Of a DNA stretch of 64,000 bases, positions 41,256-55,906 are shown piece by piece. The notes beneath the pieces are model-generated. The model saw only the letters and a list, made by a program, of their open reading frames with translations. It did no database searches and had not been told where the DNA came from. The DNA is from Octopus sinensis (lineage: Eukaryota): positions 55,056,001 through 55,120,000 of the forward strand of contig NC_043006.1 of assembly GCF_006345805.1 (NCBI RefSeq), written 5' to 3'. Both the position numbers and the translations under genes were made by a program. Positions within the stretch are counted from its first letter, which is position 1. Every line of letters begins with the position of its first letter.

Positions 41256-44200
41256 ACAGAAAAAGAAAAGGATTTTGAACATTGAACCTCACAGAGGCAT
41301 AGTGGCAGAGCTCCTTTTAAGTGTTCAGCCTCATTGAGGCAATGACATTTGACATTATGTCGTGTTTGACAAGACCCGTCAAGCCAAGTAAAATCGCAGT
41401 CATGGCAGATACTGGTGTCATGCAAATGTCACCCATGCCAGTGGCATGTAAAAGCACCAATTACACTCTCAGAGTGGTTGGTGTTAGGAAGGGTATCCAG
41501 CTGTAGAAACCATGCCAAACCAGGCTGGAGTCTGGTGCAGCCTTCCAGCTTGCCCACCCTGGTCAAACCATCTAACCCATGCCAACATGAACAAGGGATG
41601 TTAAATGATGATGATGATATAACACAGGCAAACATAGGCTCATTAATTAAAGTACTAAAGTGTGCTGCTAAGTTTATAAATACATTTACATGTGTATATT
41701 TAATAAGCATACTTTAAATTTGTTATGTGATGAGACCACCTGGTTAAACCATAGAGCTCCATCTACTGAATGGTTTGAAGAACAAGCTCAGTTGGTTTTA
41801 CTAGTCATCAAGTGTATTTTACTTTATTTAGTTTAAGAAGTGAGAGGGGGGCATAGCTTACAACCATTCATGAACAATTTGGTGAACATGAAGCACTACT
41901 TTTGCTCATTTGCATGTTAGTAAATGGTTTAGTATAGCATATTAATTAAAGTACTGAGATTGTGTGGGTAAATTTGTAAATAAGTTTGCATGAATAAGTT
42001 GGATGAAGGAAACACTCCTGACAAGCTGGTAAAGACAATAGAAACTAGTTGAGTTGTTCTTCACTCTTGTTGCAGAGAGAGTTGTGTTTAATAATGAAAC
42101 CTATTTACACAACACTGCTGAATGTATATTTATTAAATGTATGCATTTAAATTTATTTATGAATTTGGGGAAGGACAGTGCTTTTGGTGTTTTATTTATT
42201 CAGTCTGCCAATGCTGGTTGAAGGAAGCAGGAGAATTATCCCGAAACCAGAGACCTCACTCTAATAACTTACAACAAAGTGAACTTCACAAAAAACACAC
42301 AAAGACCAGGTGATAGTGTTAAACAAGGTGACAGATGTTGTGCAAGAACTCAGAATGTAATGGTATATGTAATTTTATTTAAAACAAAATTTATTTTGGC
42401 AGTAAATTTGAAATAATACAGAGAACATTAGCAAGCCCCCTGTGCAAGAATGACATGCAAATTCATGATGCATTCCATTTTCTTTGTAGGTGCAGGCATG
42501 GATTTGAATGTCATCCTTTAGTGAAGTTCACTCTGTTGCAAGCACTTAGGTCTTATGAAAACTACATATTCACACATTTTGTCAGAGTTTGTTTGTCACA
42601 GTGCTGGGTAGCACTGTGTCAGGCAGTAGCAAGAATTAATGACATTTTTCCTCTACTCACACATATACACCCACACTTGGAATTCCTCAGTTTTACACTC
42701 AGACATTTCTTCATTGTCATCATCATTCTTTCCTTTCGTGCACATATGTCCTCTCTTTATATTTCAGGTAAAATATTTTCCTCTCTTTGGAAGCAACTCT
42801 GACTTATTTTCACATTATACTCTGAACTTTTGTATGGAAGTTTTTCTCATGCAGTCGTGTTACAGTCTATAAACTTGTGCTATCTTTTATTATGGACATT
42901 CATATTTTTGCCTGTTATGCATTGTTAAAATTTCCACTGATAACTACTCTTGTTCTCGTTCAAACATACTGCATTTTTTTTTATATTAGTATACATGTTT
43001 TGTTTGTTGCTCATAGCTACATGTTGTTGACCGAATTTCTTTGTTCAACTGTGTAGTTATTTTTATTTAGCATGTTCTACATTCATTCACATACAGCCTT
43101 TATCTTGCTAACCTAACAGAGACTTTCTGATATCAACGAACAGATTTAGTTTAGTAATTTAAAATAAGTGTCATAAATCTTTCTCTTGTGCTTAGTTCTA
43201 GCAATCATTGCCAAGATTTTATTTTATAGAAAATTTTTACTACTTTTATAAACCTACAAATCTTGTACAACATATTAATACACCCTTTACTAGTTCATTC
43301 ATAAAACTCATTCATACATTAATGTAATGCCATAAGTAGATCACACATGGCAAACATGAAAACAAACAATACAAAATATATGCAGACACAACTATGTGGA
43401 TATGGAGCTCACTTGGTTTCAAGTTATATTCCATTAACTACATGATTTCAAGTTCTATTCCAATGCAAAGCACCTTGAGTGTCTTCAGTGTTTTATACAA
43501 CAGCCCCAGGCTCACCACTGCCTTGTAAGTAAAATGGGCAGATGGAAACTGTATGGAATCTTGTTGTGTATTTATGTGTGTGTTTGTGTAGATGTTTGCA
43601 TTTTCTGCAAACAGTGTCCTGTAGTGCTGTGCTTTTAAAGACCAGGGGAATGAGAAAAGTGGCAGGATAGCTATCCAGCCATAAAATACTGCCTTAAAGA
43701 AGTCTTTCTCCAATCCATGTTAGAATGGAGAAACATAAAATAAAAACAAACTACTCACAAGGTTGCTGATTTCACATATAGCACACAGTTAAATCCAAGG
43801 AAACTATGTAATTTCTGTTAGTGTGTTTTATTATAGTGTTTAATTAAGCTTGTCAGCTAACAGCTCAGACAGTGTTAAATTACTGCTTTCGGCATTTACA
43901 GTGTACCATATATTTTGTTTTTAGACTTAACTGTTCTGTAGGATAAGTCAGATGCTAGTTTCTGCGTCATACTTTTAAGGAAAAAAGTGCGACTTAAGCA
44001 TATACAGTTTTCATTTTCACTATAAGTTTTAAATAATTACAGTATATTGAATACATATATTTATCTAGAAACACATGCATACAGTATTATATTCATATAG
44101 TATTGTATTTCACATTTTCCAGTTTGAGTATCTGTACAAAGTTTTGATACTCATTTGTTTAGGTATGAATTTCTAAAACCTCTCCCGTCAACTTTTTTTT

Positions 44201-44679
44201 GTATTATGCTTTTGTTTTTTCTTTATTTAACAATTTAAAAAATATATAAGTAGGTTTTGAACAGTGGATATTCAGGATCTTCAAAATATATATTTCAGAT
44301 TTATTTTCAATCAAAAACTGATTATGTTATAGGCATTTACAGCTGTTTTTGATTTATTTTCTTAGGTATGTGTGATTCATGAATGTACCGAGTACTACTT
44401 TTCTATATGATTATATTTTGTACATTCTGTGTAAATATGGTTTTGTTTGCTTGTATAATTCTATTTCAGTCCTTAATAAACTGAAATGAGAACATCTTAA
44501 ATTTTGAGGAAAAAAAAGAAAACAGTATTCTATATATGAATGCCTTCATTATCATTAACTTGTTAGTTTATGCTGCTGAGAATGAAAGCAGCCTCTTTGA
44601 GATCTCCATGATCTTTATCTTGGTAATTTGTGTATGTGTGTATATATATATATGTACACACACACACATATACACTTTT

Positions 44680-45045
44680 ACTCTTTTATTTGTTTCAGTC
44701 ATTTGACTGACACCATGCTGGAGCACCACCATTTAGTTGAAGAAATTGACTCCAGAGGTTATTCTTTGTAACCATAGTACTTATTCTATTGGTCTCTTTT
44801 GCTGAACTGCTAAGTTATGAGGATGTAAACACACCAGCATCAGTTGTCGGTGACAAACACAGACACAAACATATGTACACAGATATATACATATACACAA
44901 TGGGCTTCTTTTAGTTTCCATCTACCAAATTCACTTACAAGGCTTTGGTTGGTCTGAGGCTATAGTAGAAGACACTTGGCCAAGGTTGGACTGAACCTGG
45001 AACCATATGGTTGGTAAGCAAGCTACTTGCCACACAGCCACTCCT
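44680..45045 (-). mobile_element. SINE family A
   Basis: Aligns to other copies. Confidence 0.8.
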
Positions 45046-45102
45046 ATAATAATGATAATAATAATAATAATAATAATAATATATATATATATATATATAT
45101 AT

Positions 45103-46555
45103 AAACTTATTTGGAAATGGAGGTATGGCATTCAATGAAATAATAATAATAATAATAATAATAATATATATATATATATATATATATAGGTACAGGACAT
45201 CACCAACTGTGCAACCAACATGAAATACATAAACAAATGAGTTAAGACAAATAAACACAGAGAAAGGACCTTTCATCAGTTGTCGGCTGTCTATCTACTT
45301 ATTTCAAGCATTCAACAACAATATGAGTCTTCAAAGTTAGTTGCTCCCATAAATTCTAAAATAAAATTTAGGATTTATGGAGGGTCAAAATTGGGATCAA
45401 AAACTGGACAATGGAGACATTCAAGGAAACCGGACGAAAACAAACATGGAAGTTCATAAAACCAGAATGAGAGGAAAATAGTGAATGCTGGGAGAAATAT
45501 TTTCTTTGAAAAGAAAGAGGATGGAAGAGAGAGGGAGAGAGAGAGAGAGAAAGAAAAAAAAAACGTTCAGTCTTTTGAACATCTGTGCAGGAAAAGAAAG
45601 ATGGAGAGTGGTCATGTGTGAGCAATGAGGGAAAAAGAGAAAGAGGGTGAGAGAGAGACAGATAGAAAACAGAGAAAGAGGGAGGGGAATTAGAGAAGGA
45701 TGGAAGAAGAAAACAGTAGAGAGTAGAGTTGCATCAAAAAGATGAAGATAGATTAACATACTTGGAAATGGATGTGTGGCATTCAATGAAATTATAATAA
45801 TAATTTATGTATATGCATATATATATATATATATATAAACTTATTTGGAAATGGAGGTATGGCATTCAATGAAATAATAATAATAATATAATAAATAATA
45901 TATATATATATATATATATAGGTACAGGACATCACCAACTGTGCAACCAACATGAAATACATAAACAAATGAGTTAAGACAAATAAACACAGAGAAAGGA
46001 CCTTTCATCAGTTGTCGGCTGTCTATCTACTCCTTATTTCAAGCATTCAACAACAATATGAGTCTTCAAAGTTAGTTGCTCCCATAAATTCTAAAATAAA
46101 ATTAGGATTTATGGAGGGTCAAAATTGGGATCAAAAACTGGACAATGGAGACATTCAAGGAAACCGGACGAAAACAACATGGAAGTTCATAAAACCAGAA
46201 TGAGAGGAAAATAGTGAATGCTGGGAGAAATATTTTCTTTGAAAAGAAAGAGGATGGAAGAGAGAGGGAGAGAGAGAGAGAGAAAGAAAAAAAAAACGTT
46301 CAGTCTTTTGAACATCTGTGCAGGAAAAGAAAGATGGAGAGTGGTCATGTGTGAGCAATGAGGGAAAAAGAGAAAGAGGGTGAGAGAGAGACAGATAGAA
46401 AACAGAGAAAGAGGGAGGGGAGAAAGGGGAATTAGAGAAGGATGGAAGAAGAAAACAGTAGAGAGTAGAGTTGCATCAAAAAGATGAAGATAGATTAACA
46501 TACTTGGAAATGGATGTGTGGCATTCAATGAAATTATAATAATAATTTATGTATA

Positions 46556-46610
<55 letters not shown>
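45103..46610 (+). repeat. Tandem duplication, units 45103-45836 and 45837-about 46610
   Basis: Near-identical sequence (ORFs at 45454 and 46187 are homologous). Differences are mostly small indels, and the junctions fall in (TA)n. Confidence 0.92.
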
Positions 46611-46612
<2 letters not shown>

Positions 46613-48657
46613 TCATCATCATCATCGTTTAACGTCCGCTTTCCGCGCTAGCACGGGTTGGACGGTTCGACCGGGTCTGGGAAGCCAGGGGCCGCTCCAG
46701 GCTCCAGTCTGAATCTGGCAGAGTTTCTACGGCTGGATGCCCTTCCTAACGCCAACCACTCCGTGAGTGGATTGGGTGCTTTTTACGTGCCACCTGCACA
46801 GGGGCCGGAGGGTCCGGCATCGGTCACGATCGGTTCGAGCTTTTAACGTGTCAGCGGCACGGGGGAAACGAGGTCCGGGGTACTTGGGGATCGGGGTACT
46901 TTGGGGATCCAGGGTACTTTGGATCCGGGGTACTTAGAATGGGTAGGGGGTATGTGGAATTGCTGCAGAAAGCAGCCGGGTCTTTGTAGTCACAGCATAT
47001 CTCCAGAGATCTCGGTCCTTCGCCATTGCCTCAGTGAGGCCCAATGCTCTGAGGTCATGCTTGACTACCTCATCCCATGTCTTCCTGGGTCTACCTCTCC
47101 CCCTGATACCTTCAACTGTTTGGGAGTGGCACTTCTTCACACATCTCTCTTCATCCATCCGCAGCACATGACCATACCATCGCAAGCGTCGTTCTTGCAC
47201 ACCACATCTGATGCTTCTTATATCCAGCATTTCTCTCAGGATGCTTACACTCTGTCTTGCGTGCACACTGACACTACACATCCAGCGGATCATGCTAGCT
47301 TCATTTCTTTCAAGTCTACGCATGTCTTCTGCAGTCACAGCCCATGTTTCATTACCGTGAAGCATGGCAGTTCGCACACATGCATCATACAATCTACCTT
47401 TCGCTCTGAGGGAGAGACCTTTTGTTGCCAGTAGGGGTAGGAGCTTTCTGAACTTTGCCCAGGCTATTCGTATTCTAGTGGTGATACTCTCTGTGCATCC
47501 ACCTCCGCTACTAACTTGGTCACCCAGGTAGCGGAAACTATCAACTACTTCTAGTTTCTCTCCCTGGAGTATGATGGAATCTGTTTTCTGAGTGTCTGTT
47601 GTGTCTATTGTCCCTGTGCATCTGCCGCACATGAAAGCTATCTTATATGTTAATTTCCCTTTAATGTTGCTGCACCTCTTATGTGTCCATAACTTACATT
47701 GGGTGCATCTTATGGAGTTTCTACCTGTACCTTTCCTACAGGTTGAGCAGGGCCACCTACCCGAGGGGGTGTGTGCTGAGTACCTCTTGCTGCTTACTAA
47801 TACTTTGGTCTTTATTCTAAGGCCCTTTGATTCCAACCCTTGCTTCCACACCCGAAATTTCTCTTCTAGTTCCGGTAGTGATTCTGCTATGAGAGCTAGG
47901 TCATCGGCATAGAGGAGCTCCCAGGGGCATCCCGTTTTGAATTCCTCTGTTATTGCCTGAAGGACTATGATGAATAAAAGGGGACTGAGGGCTGAGCCCT
48001 GGTGCACACCTACTTCTACCCGGAATTCTTCACTATATTCGTTGCCAATCCTAACCTTGCTGACAGCCTCTCTGTATAGAGCTGTACAGCCCTTATTAGC
48101 CATTCTTCAATCTCCAGTTTCCGCATCGACCACCAGATAAGGGAACGGGGAACCCTGTCAAAGGCTTCTCCAAGTCTACAAAAGCTATGTAGAGGGGTTT
48201 ATCTTTAGCTAGGTACTTCTCCTGCAGTTGTCGGACCAGGAATATAGCATCAGTGGTGCTTCTACCTGGTACAAAACCGAACTGCATTTCATCTAAACAA
48301 ATTTTCTCTCTAATGAGATTGGTTATGACCTTCTCTGAGACCTTCATCACCTGGTCCAACAGTTTGATACCTCTGTAGTTATTTCTATCTAGAGCATCAC
48401 CCTTACCCTTGTAGCAGTTGACTATGGTGCTGCTGCACCAGTCATTGGGTATGACTCCATTGTGAACTACCTGGTTTACAATGCGGGTGACTATGGCATA
48501 GCCCACATAGCCAGCTGTTTTAAGCATCTCAGCAGTGATTCCTGATAGGCCAGGGGCTTTGCCTGGTTTCATATCCTTAATTGCCTTATCTACAAGGGAG
48601 CTGTCTATTCGGGTAGCTGGTCCCTCTACTGGGTCAACATTTGGCAGGCTCTCCGTG
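46611..48657 (-). mobile_element. RTE-clade LINE, 5'-truncated, frameshifted RT
   Basis: ORFs 48096-48572 ([44 protein letters not shown]) and 46934-48103 (GVHQGSALSPLLF, LLYADDL, RRLRWYGHV.R, GRGRPRKTW). The 3' UTR ends in a (GAT)n tail at 46611. Confidence 0.93.
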
Positions 48658-50479
<1,822 letters not shown>

Positions 50480-51931
50480 AAATCCTTAAATCCTTAAAAA
50501 TGTTTTAGCCCGAAGGCCGCGGCCATGCTGGGGCACCACCGCTGAATGAGCCACACTAGTTTGTGAATCCACCTCTGATACGTGGCACTTGATCAACAAG
50601 GGAGTTCGATGCTGCTGCCCGCATCCGTGTCTCCTGTCGTGAGGTAGGTTCATCTGGGACTCCCAACAAGAAGGGATCCAGTTTAGTTTTAAAGAAACCC
50701 ACATCCACACCATGTAAGTCTCTCAGGCATTTAGGGAGGATGTTGAAAAGCTGTGGTCCTCTGAAACCCAAGCTGTTGCAGTATCTGGACCTGTATTTTG
50801 ATGGTGATGTTGGAATCCTTGGCACCACGCAGCGGCGCCCCGTTCTGCAGTTGGAGTAACTTTGAATGCCAAAGTTTGGGATAAGACCCTCCAGGATTTT
50901 CCAGATGTATATTACTGCATATCTCTCCCGCCTCCGCTCCAGGGAGAAGAGTTTAATACCTTCAGTCTTTCCCAGTAGCTGAAATTTTGCATTGAGACGA
51001 TTTTCTTTGTGTAGCTTCTCTGAGTTGCTTCGAGTTCTGCTGTTTGTTTTATATTGTGTGGTGACCAAAGTTGGGAGCAGTAGTCCAAGCGGCTGAGGAC
51101 AAATGTTTTCCATAGGACCATCAGTGTCTCCTTCTCTCTTGTTCTGAAAGTTCGGAGAATCCATCCAGCTAGCCGTCTGCATTTATCACCAGATTAGCAA
51201 TATGCATTTGGAAAGATGCATCATTGCTCATGTCAATGCCCAGGTCACGCACTGATTTTGACTCAGGGATTGCAATTCTTCCTGGGCCAGTGTATCCAGT
51301 CTTCACGTCATTTACCTTTGGTGCCAGTAGCGCAGGGCCTGGAACTTACCTGCATTAACTGCATGTTGTTGTCCTCAGCCCACCTGTATATTGTGTCCAG
51401 CTCATGTTGCAGATGCGCAATATTTTCAGGGTTCTGTATTGCGTGGGAGACCTTTGTGTCATCTGCATAGCTAGCAAGGGTGGTCATCGTAGCAACTGAA
51501 GGCATGTCTGAAAGGGCCACTATGAACATCAGTGGCCCAAGACAGTGCCCTGTGGGACACCGCTTGTTATTTGCGTTTCCCTGGAGGTGGCTCCATTGCT
51601 CACAACTGCCTGTTTTCTGTCTTTTAGGAAGTTGTGCAGCCACTCTCCAAGTTCCCGCCTATGCCGAGACCACGCAGTTTATGACAGATCATACCATGGT
51701 CGACTTTATCAAAGGCTTTTGCAAGTCAAGAGATATATTACATCCACATTTGAGCCATTTAGTAGCTGTTTCAACACCCAGTCATAGTGCTGCAGGAGCT
51801 GTGTTAGGCAGCCTCTACCTGGTCGAAATCCATGCTGGGTGTCAGACAGTAAGTCATTTTCTTCAAGGAACATGATTAGTTTCTTACGGACTATTCGTTC
51901 CATGACTTTGCTGATGTGTGAGGTCAGAGAG
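50480..51931 (-). mobile_element. CR1-clade LINE, 5'-truncated
   Basis: QHGFRPGRGCLTQLL, LGPLMFIVALSDMP, SYADDTKV, KTFVLSRLDYCSQLWSP, SLERRRERY and GPQLFNILP are present in several frames. The 3' tail is (AAGGATTT)n, and both ends abut (TA)n arrays. Confidence 0.9.
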
Positions 51932-52826
<895 letters not shown>

Positions 52827-53050
52827 GGCAGCGAACTGGCAGAAGCGTTAGCACGCCGGGCGAAATGCTCGTGGTATTTCGTCTGCCGCTGCGTTCTGAG
52901 TTCAATTCCGCCGAGGTCGACTTTCCTTTCATCCTTTCGGGTCGATAAATTAAGTACCAGTTGCGCACTGGAGTCGATGTAATCGACATAATCCGTTTGT
53001 TTGTCATTGTTTGTCCCCTCTATGTTTAGCTCCTTGTGGGTAATAAAGAA

Positions 53051-53052
<2 letters not shown>
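52827..53052 (+). mobile_element. tRNA-derived SINE (family B), young copy in TA array
   Basis: ggcagcgaactggcagaagcgttagcacgccgggcgaaatgc...gagttcaattccgccgaggtcgac with CpGs retained. Older copies lie at about 2.28, 3.17, 5.1, 38.1-40.5 and 41.05 kb. Confidence 0.8.
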
Positions 53053-53083
<31 letters not shown>

Positions 53084-53417
53084 GCATATATATATATATA
53101 TAATATATATATGCATATATATATATATATATATATATATGTGCATATATATATATATGCATATATCTATGGCATGGCATATATATTATGTGCATGTGCA
53201 TATATATATATATATGTGCATATATATATATAATGCATATATATATATGTGCATATATATATATGCATATATATATATATATGCATATATATATAGTGCA
53301 TGTGCATATATATATATGCATATATATATGTGCATGTGCATATATATATATATGCATATATATATGTGCATGTGCATATATATATATATGCATATATATT
53401 GCATATATATATGTGCA

Positions 53418-53461
<44 letters not shown>

Positions 53462-53713
53462 AGTGGGTGGAAACTGAAAATGGCCTGTTGTATATGTGTC
53501 TGTGTTTGTCCCCCCCACCACCACCATTTGACAACTGGTGGTGATTTGTTTATGTCCCTGTAACTTAGCAGTTTGGCAAAAGAGAACAATAGAATAATCA
53601 CCAGGCTTTAAAAAAAAAAAGGAGTACTGGGGTTGATTCATTCAACTAAAAGTTCTTCAAGGCAGTATCCCAGTCTGGCTGCAGTCTAATGACTGAAACA
53701 AGTAAAAAGACAT

Positions 53714-53756
<43 letters not shown>

Positions 53757-53758
<2 letters not shown>

Positions 53759-54131
53759 TACCAGTATCGCCCGGCGTTGCTCGCGTTTGTAAGGGAAATC
53801 ACTATATAAGCATTTTTAGTGAGTTATAGCCAAAAAATAGCAAAAAAATGCATTAAAAATGGAAAAAAAAAATGATGGTAAATTTTTTTTAGATCGTTGA
53901 CTCATCGTAGACATTTTTAGAGAGTTACTTCCCTTATATAATAGCGAAAAAATGATGGTAAATTTTTTTAAAATCGTAGACTCATCGTAGATGCGCGCTA
54001 ATACCCAGAAGGGCTCGATATGAATCACGACTATAAGATACCCGGTTTTGGTTAAACTGCAAAATGTGAAAGTAGTTAGGAATCTAAATCGTAGGAGACA
54101 GACACACAACTTGACTTTTATATATAAAGAT
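53757..54131 (+). mobile_element. Helentron/HINE (DINE-1-like) non-autonomous element
   Basis: 5' end actaccagtatcgcccggcgttgctcgcgtttgt and 3' end gacagacacacaacttgacttttatatataaagat are shared with the 62.07 kb copy. An internal direct repeat of about 45 bp is present. The family assignment is by resemblance. Confidence 0.55.
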
Positions 54132-54350
54132 ATATATATAATGATAAATCTCAGAGCGAGTTATAAACAGTAGCGGTAACACATTGTGATGCATATTTGC
54201 CATTTGAATATGGCTAACTCCTAAGGGTGGATGCTACTGTAGTTTGTAGCCCCAGGAAGACACCTCCTCCAGCTGGCTACAGACACACTTTCTGTGCCCT
54301 ATCAGTATTTGTGAAGGGAAGTCATCCTTCCCGTCTTCAACTTATGATAC

Positions 54351-54393
54351 ACACAGACTCGAGTTTCAAGGTATTTACCTATCATCGGCGTGT
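54351..54393 (-). ncRNA. Minimal type-I hammerhead ribozyme motif (left arm)
   Basis: Reverse-complement copy of the 54659-54701 motif. The 3' strand of stem I is UGUGU, giving one G.U wobble from CpG decay. Confidence 0.72.
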
Positions 54394-54658
54394 GACAATC
54401 ATAGTTGTCGACGAGAATTCAGTTCCCCTCACAAATGCATATACTTTTTCCAGTGTCGATTGACACTGATATTGAAAAAGTGAAATCAAACAATGATAAA
54501 TCTCAGAGCGAGTTATAAACAGTAGCGGTAACACATCGTGACGCTCTTAGATTTATCATTGTTTGATTTCACTTTTTCAATATCAGTGTCAATCGACACT
54601 GGAAAAAGTATATGCATTTGTGAGGGGAACTGAATTCTCGTCGACAACTATGATTGTC

Positions 54659-54701
54659 ACACGCCGATGATAGGTAAATACCTTGAAACTCGAGTCCGTG
54701 T
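54659..54701 (+). ncRNA. Minimal type-I hammerhead ribozyme motif (right arm)
   Basis: ACACG [stem I] CCGAUGA U-AGGU-AAAU-ACCU-U [stem II] GAAA CUCGAG [palindromic stem III] UC^ CGUGU [stem I]. It departs from consensus by U4C and a U.U pair at the base of stem II. Confidence 0.75.
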
Positions 54702-54894
54702 ATATCATAAGTTGAAGACGGGAAGGATGACTTCCCTTCACAAATACTGATAGGGCACAGAAAGTGTGTCTATAGCCAGCTGGAGGAGGTGTCTTCCTGG
54801 GGCTACAAACTACAGTAGCATCCACCCTTAGGGGTTAGCCATATTCAAATGGCAAATATGCGTCACTATATATATATATATATATAAACACACA

Positions 54895-55412
54895 CATGCA
54901 CAGCATACTTAAGTATGCTGTGCGTGAGAAGACCCGGCAGGACAAGTGAGACCATAACCCGTGGCCTCCTCCTGGGTTGTAGCCATCCCACTTATGCATA
55001 CCTTCCCTTCTTGGGACACAAAACTCTGCTTGCGAAGACCTGTTGAGGCAAGTAAAATCGAAATCGATCAAAAGTCAATGGATATTGTAGTTGTGATACC
55101 AGTGTCGGTGGAACGTAGAAGAACCATCCGAACGTGGCCGTTGCCAGCGTCGCCCTGACTGGCCTCTGTGCCAGTGGCATGTAAAAAGCACCAACCGATT
55201 GTGGCCGTTGTCAGCCTCGCTTGGCACCTGTGCCGGTGGCACGTAAAAAGCACCCACTACCCTCACGGAGTGGTTGGCATTAGGAAGGGCATCCAGCTGT
55301 AGAAACACTGCAAAATCAGACTGGGCCTGATGCAGCCTCCTGGCTTCCCAGACCTCAGTCGAACCGTCCAACCTATGCTAGCATGGAAAGCGGACGTTAA
55401 ACGATGATGATG
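54895..55412 (+). mobile_element. RTE-tailed short element with internal repeats
   Basis: Two gtgcc(a/g)gtggca(c/t)gtaaaaagcacc repeats, followed by the RTE 3' UTR and (GAT)n tail. Related copies lie at about 41.3-41.6 kb (+), 38.9-39.1 kb (-) and 55.9-56.1 kb (-). Confidence 0.7.
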
Positions 55413-55862
55413 ACACACGTGTATATATCACTGCTTGAAGGAGACAAGTCATATGGGTTCAAGTCTCACTGTATATTTTCTTATCACTGCTTCAACTGCT
55501 TTTGTGATATCTGTTATCCTATTGTCATAACAACAAGGACATTATGAATTCACCTTTCCAGCATCACTTTCCAATCACCCTCACCCTACCTGATCATTAC
55601 TAACTCCTCTACAACTACTACCACTAGTACTGCTACCACCACTGCTACTGTTACCATTATGGAGATCAAAGTGATAGGATTGATTGCAAGCTGCAGAGAT
55701 ATGGTGCATTTTGCAATGGTGGAATTGTATGTATTCGTGCAGTGAGTCACGGTCAGTGTGATTGGCTGTATGTGTGTGTATATGTGTGTGTAAAATGTAT
55801 ATGAGTGGCCTGATCATATTCTTATCATCCTCGAGAAATACACACATGCACACACACACACA

Positions 55863-55906
<44 letters not shown>

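Larger units (their letters stand above)
54140..54866. mobile_element. Hammerhead-bearing non-autonomous retroelement (Penelope pLTR/retrozyme-like): 352-bp unit in partial tandem plus inverted copy
   Basis: Direct repeat atgataaatctcagagcg...gtga(t/c)gc at 54141 and 54493 (period 352). Inverted arms at 54186-54510 and 54542-54866 (325 bp, about 6 mismatches) surround a 31-bp spacer. Each arm carries a hammerhead motif, and (TA)n flanks both sides. Confidence 0.8.

Noticed and set aside
45270-45330. ctgatga hammerhead core on the minus strand (also at about 46005)
   Set aside because: No stem II plus GAAA and no stem III/UH follow it, so the ribozyme is incomplete.
54227-54825. Twin 78-aa ORFs MDATVVCSPRK... 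on opposite strands
   Set aside because: They are a by-product of the inverted repeat, with no recognisable domain. The RNA structure explains the element better.
54930-55000. HDV-like ribozyme at the 5' end of the RTE-tailed element (cctcctc loop, possible gacccgg/ctgggtt P1)
   Set aside because: I could not place P3 and P1.1 in the required order by hand. It would need a descriptor search.
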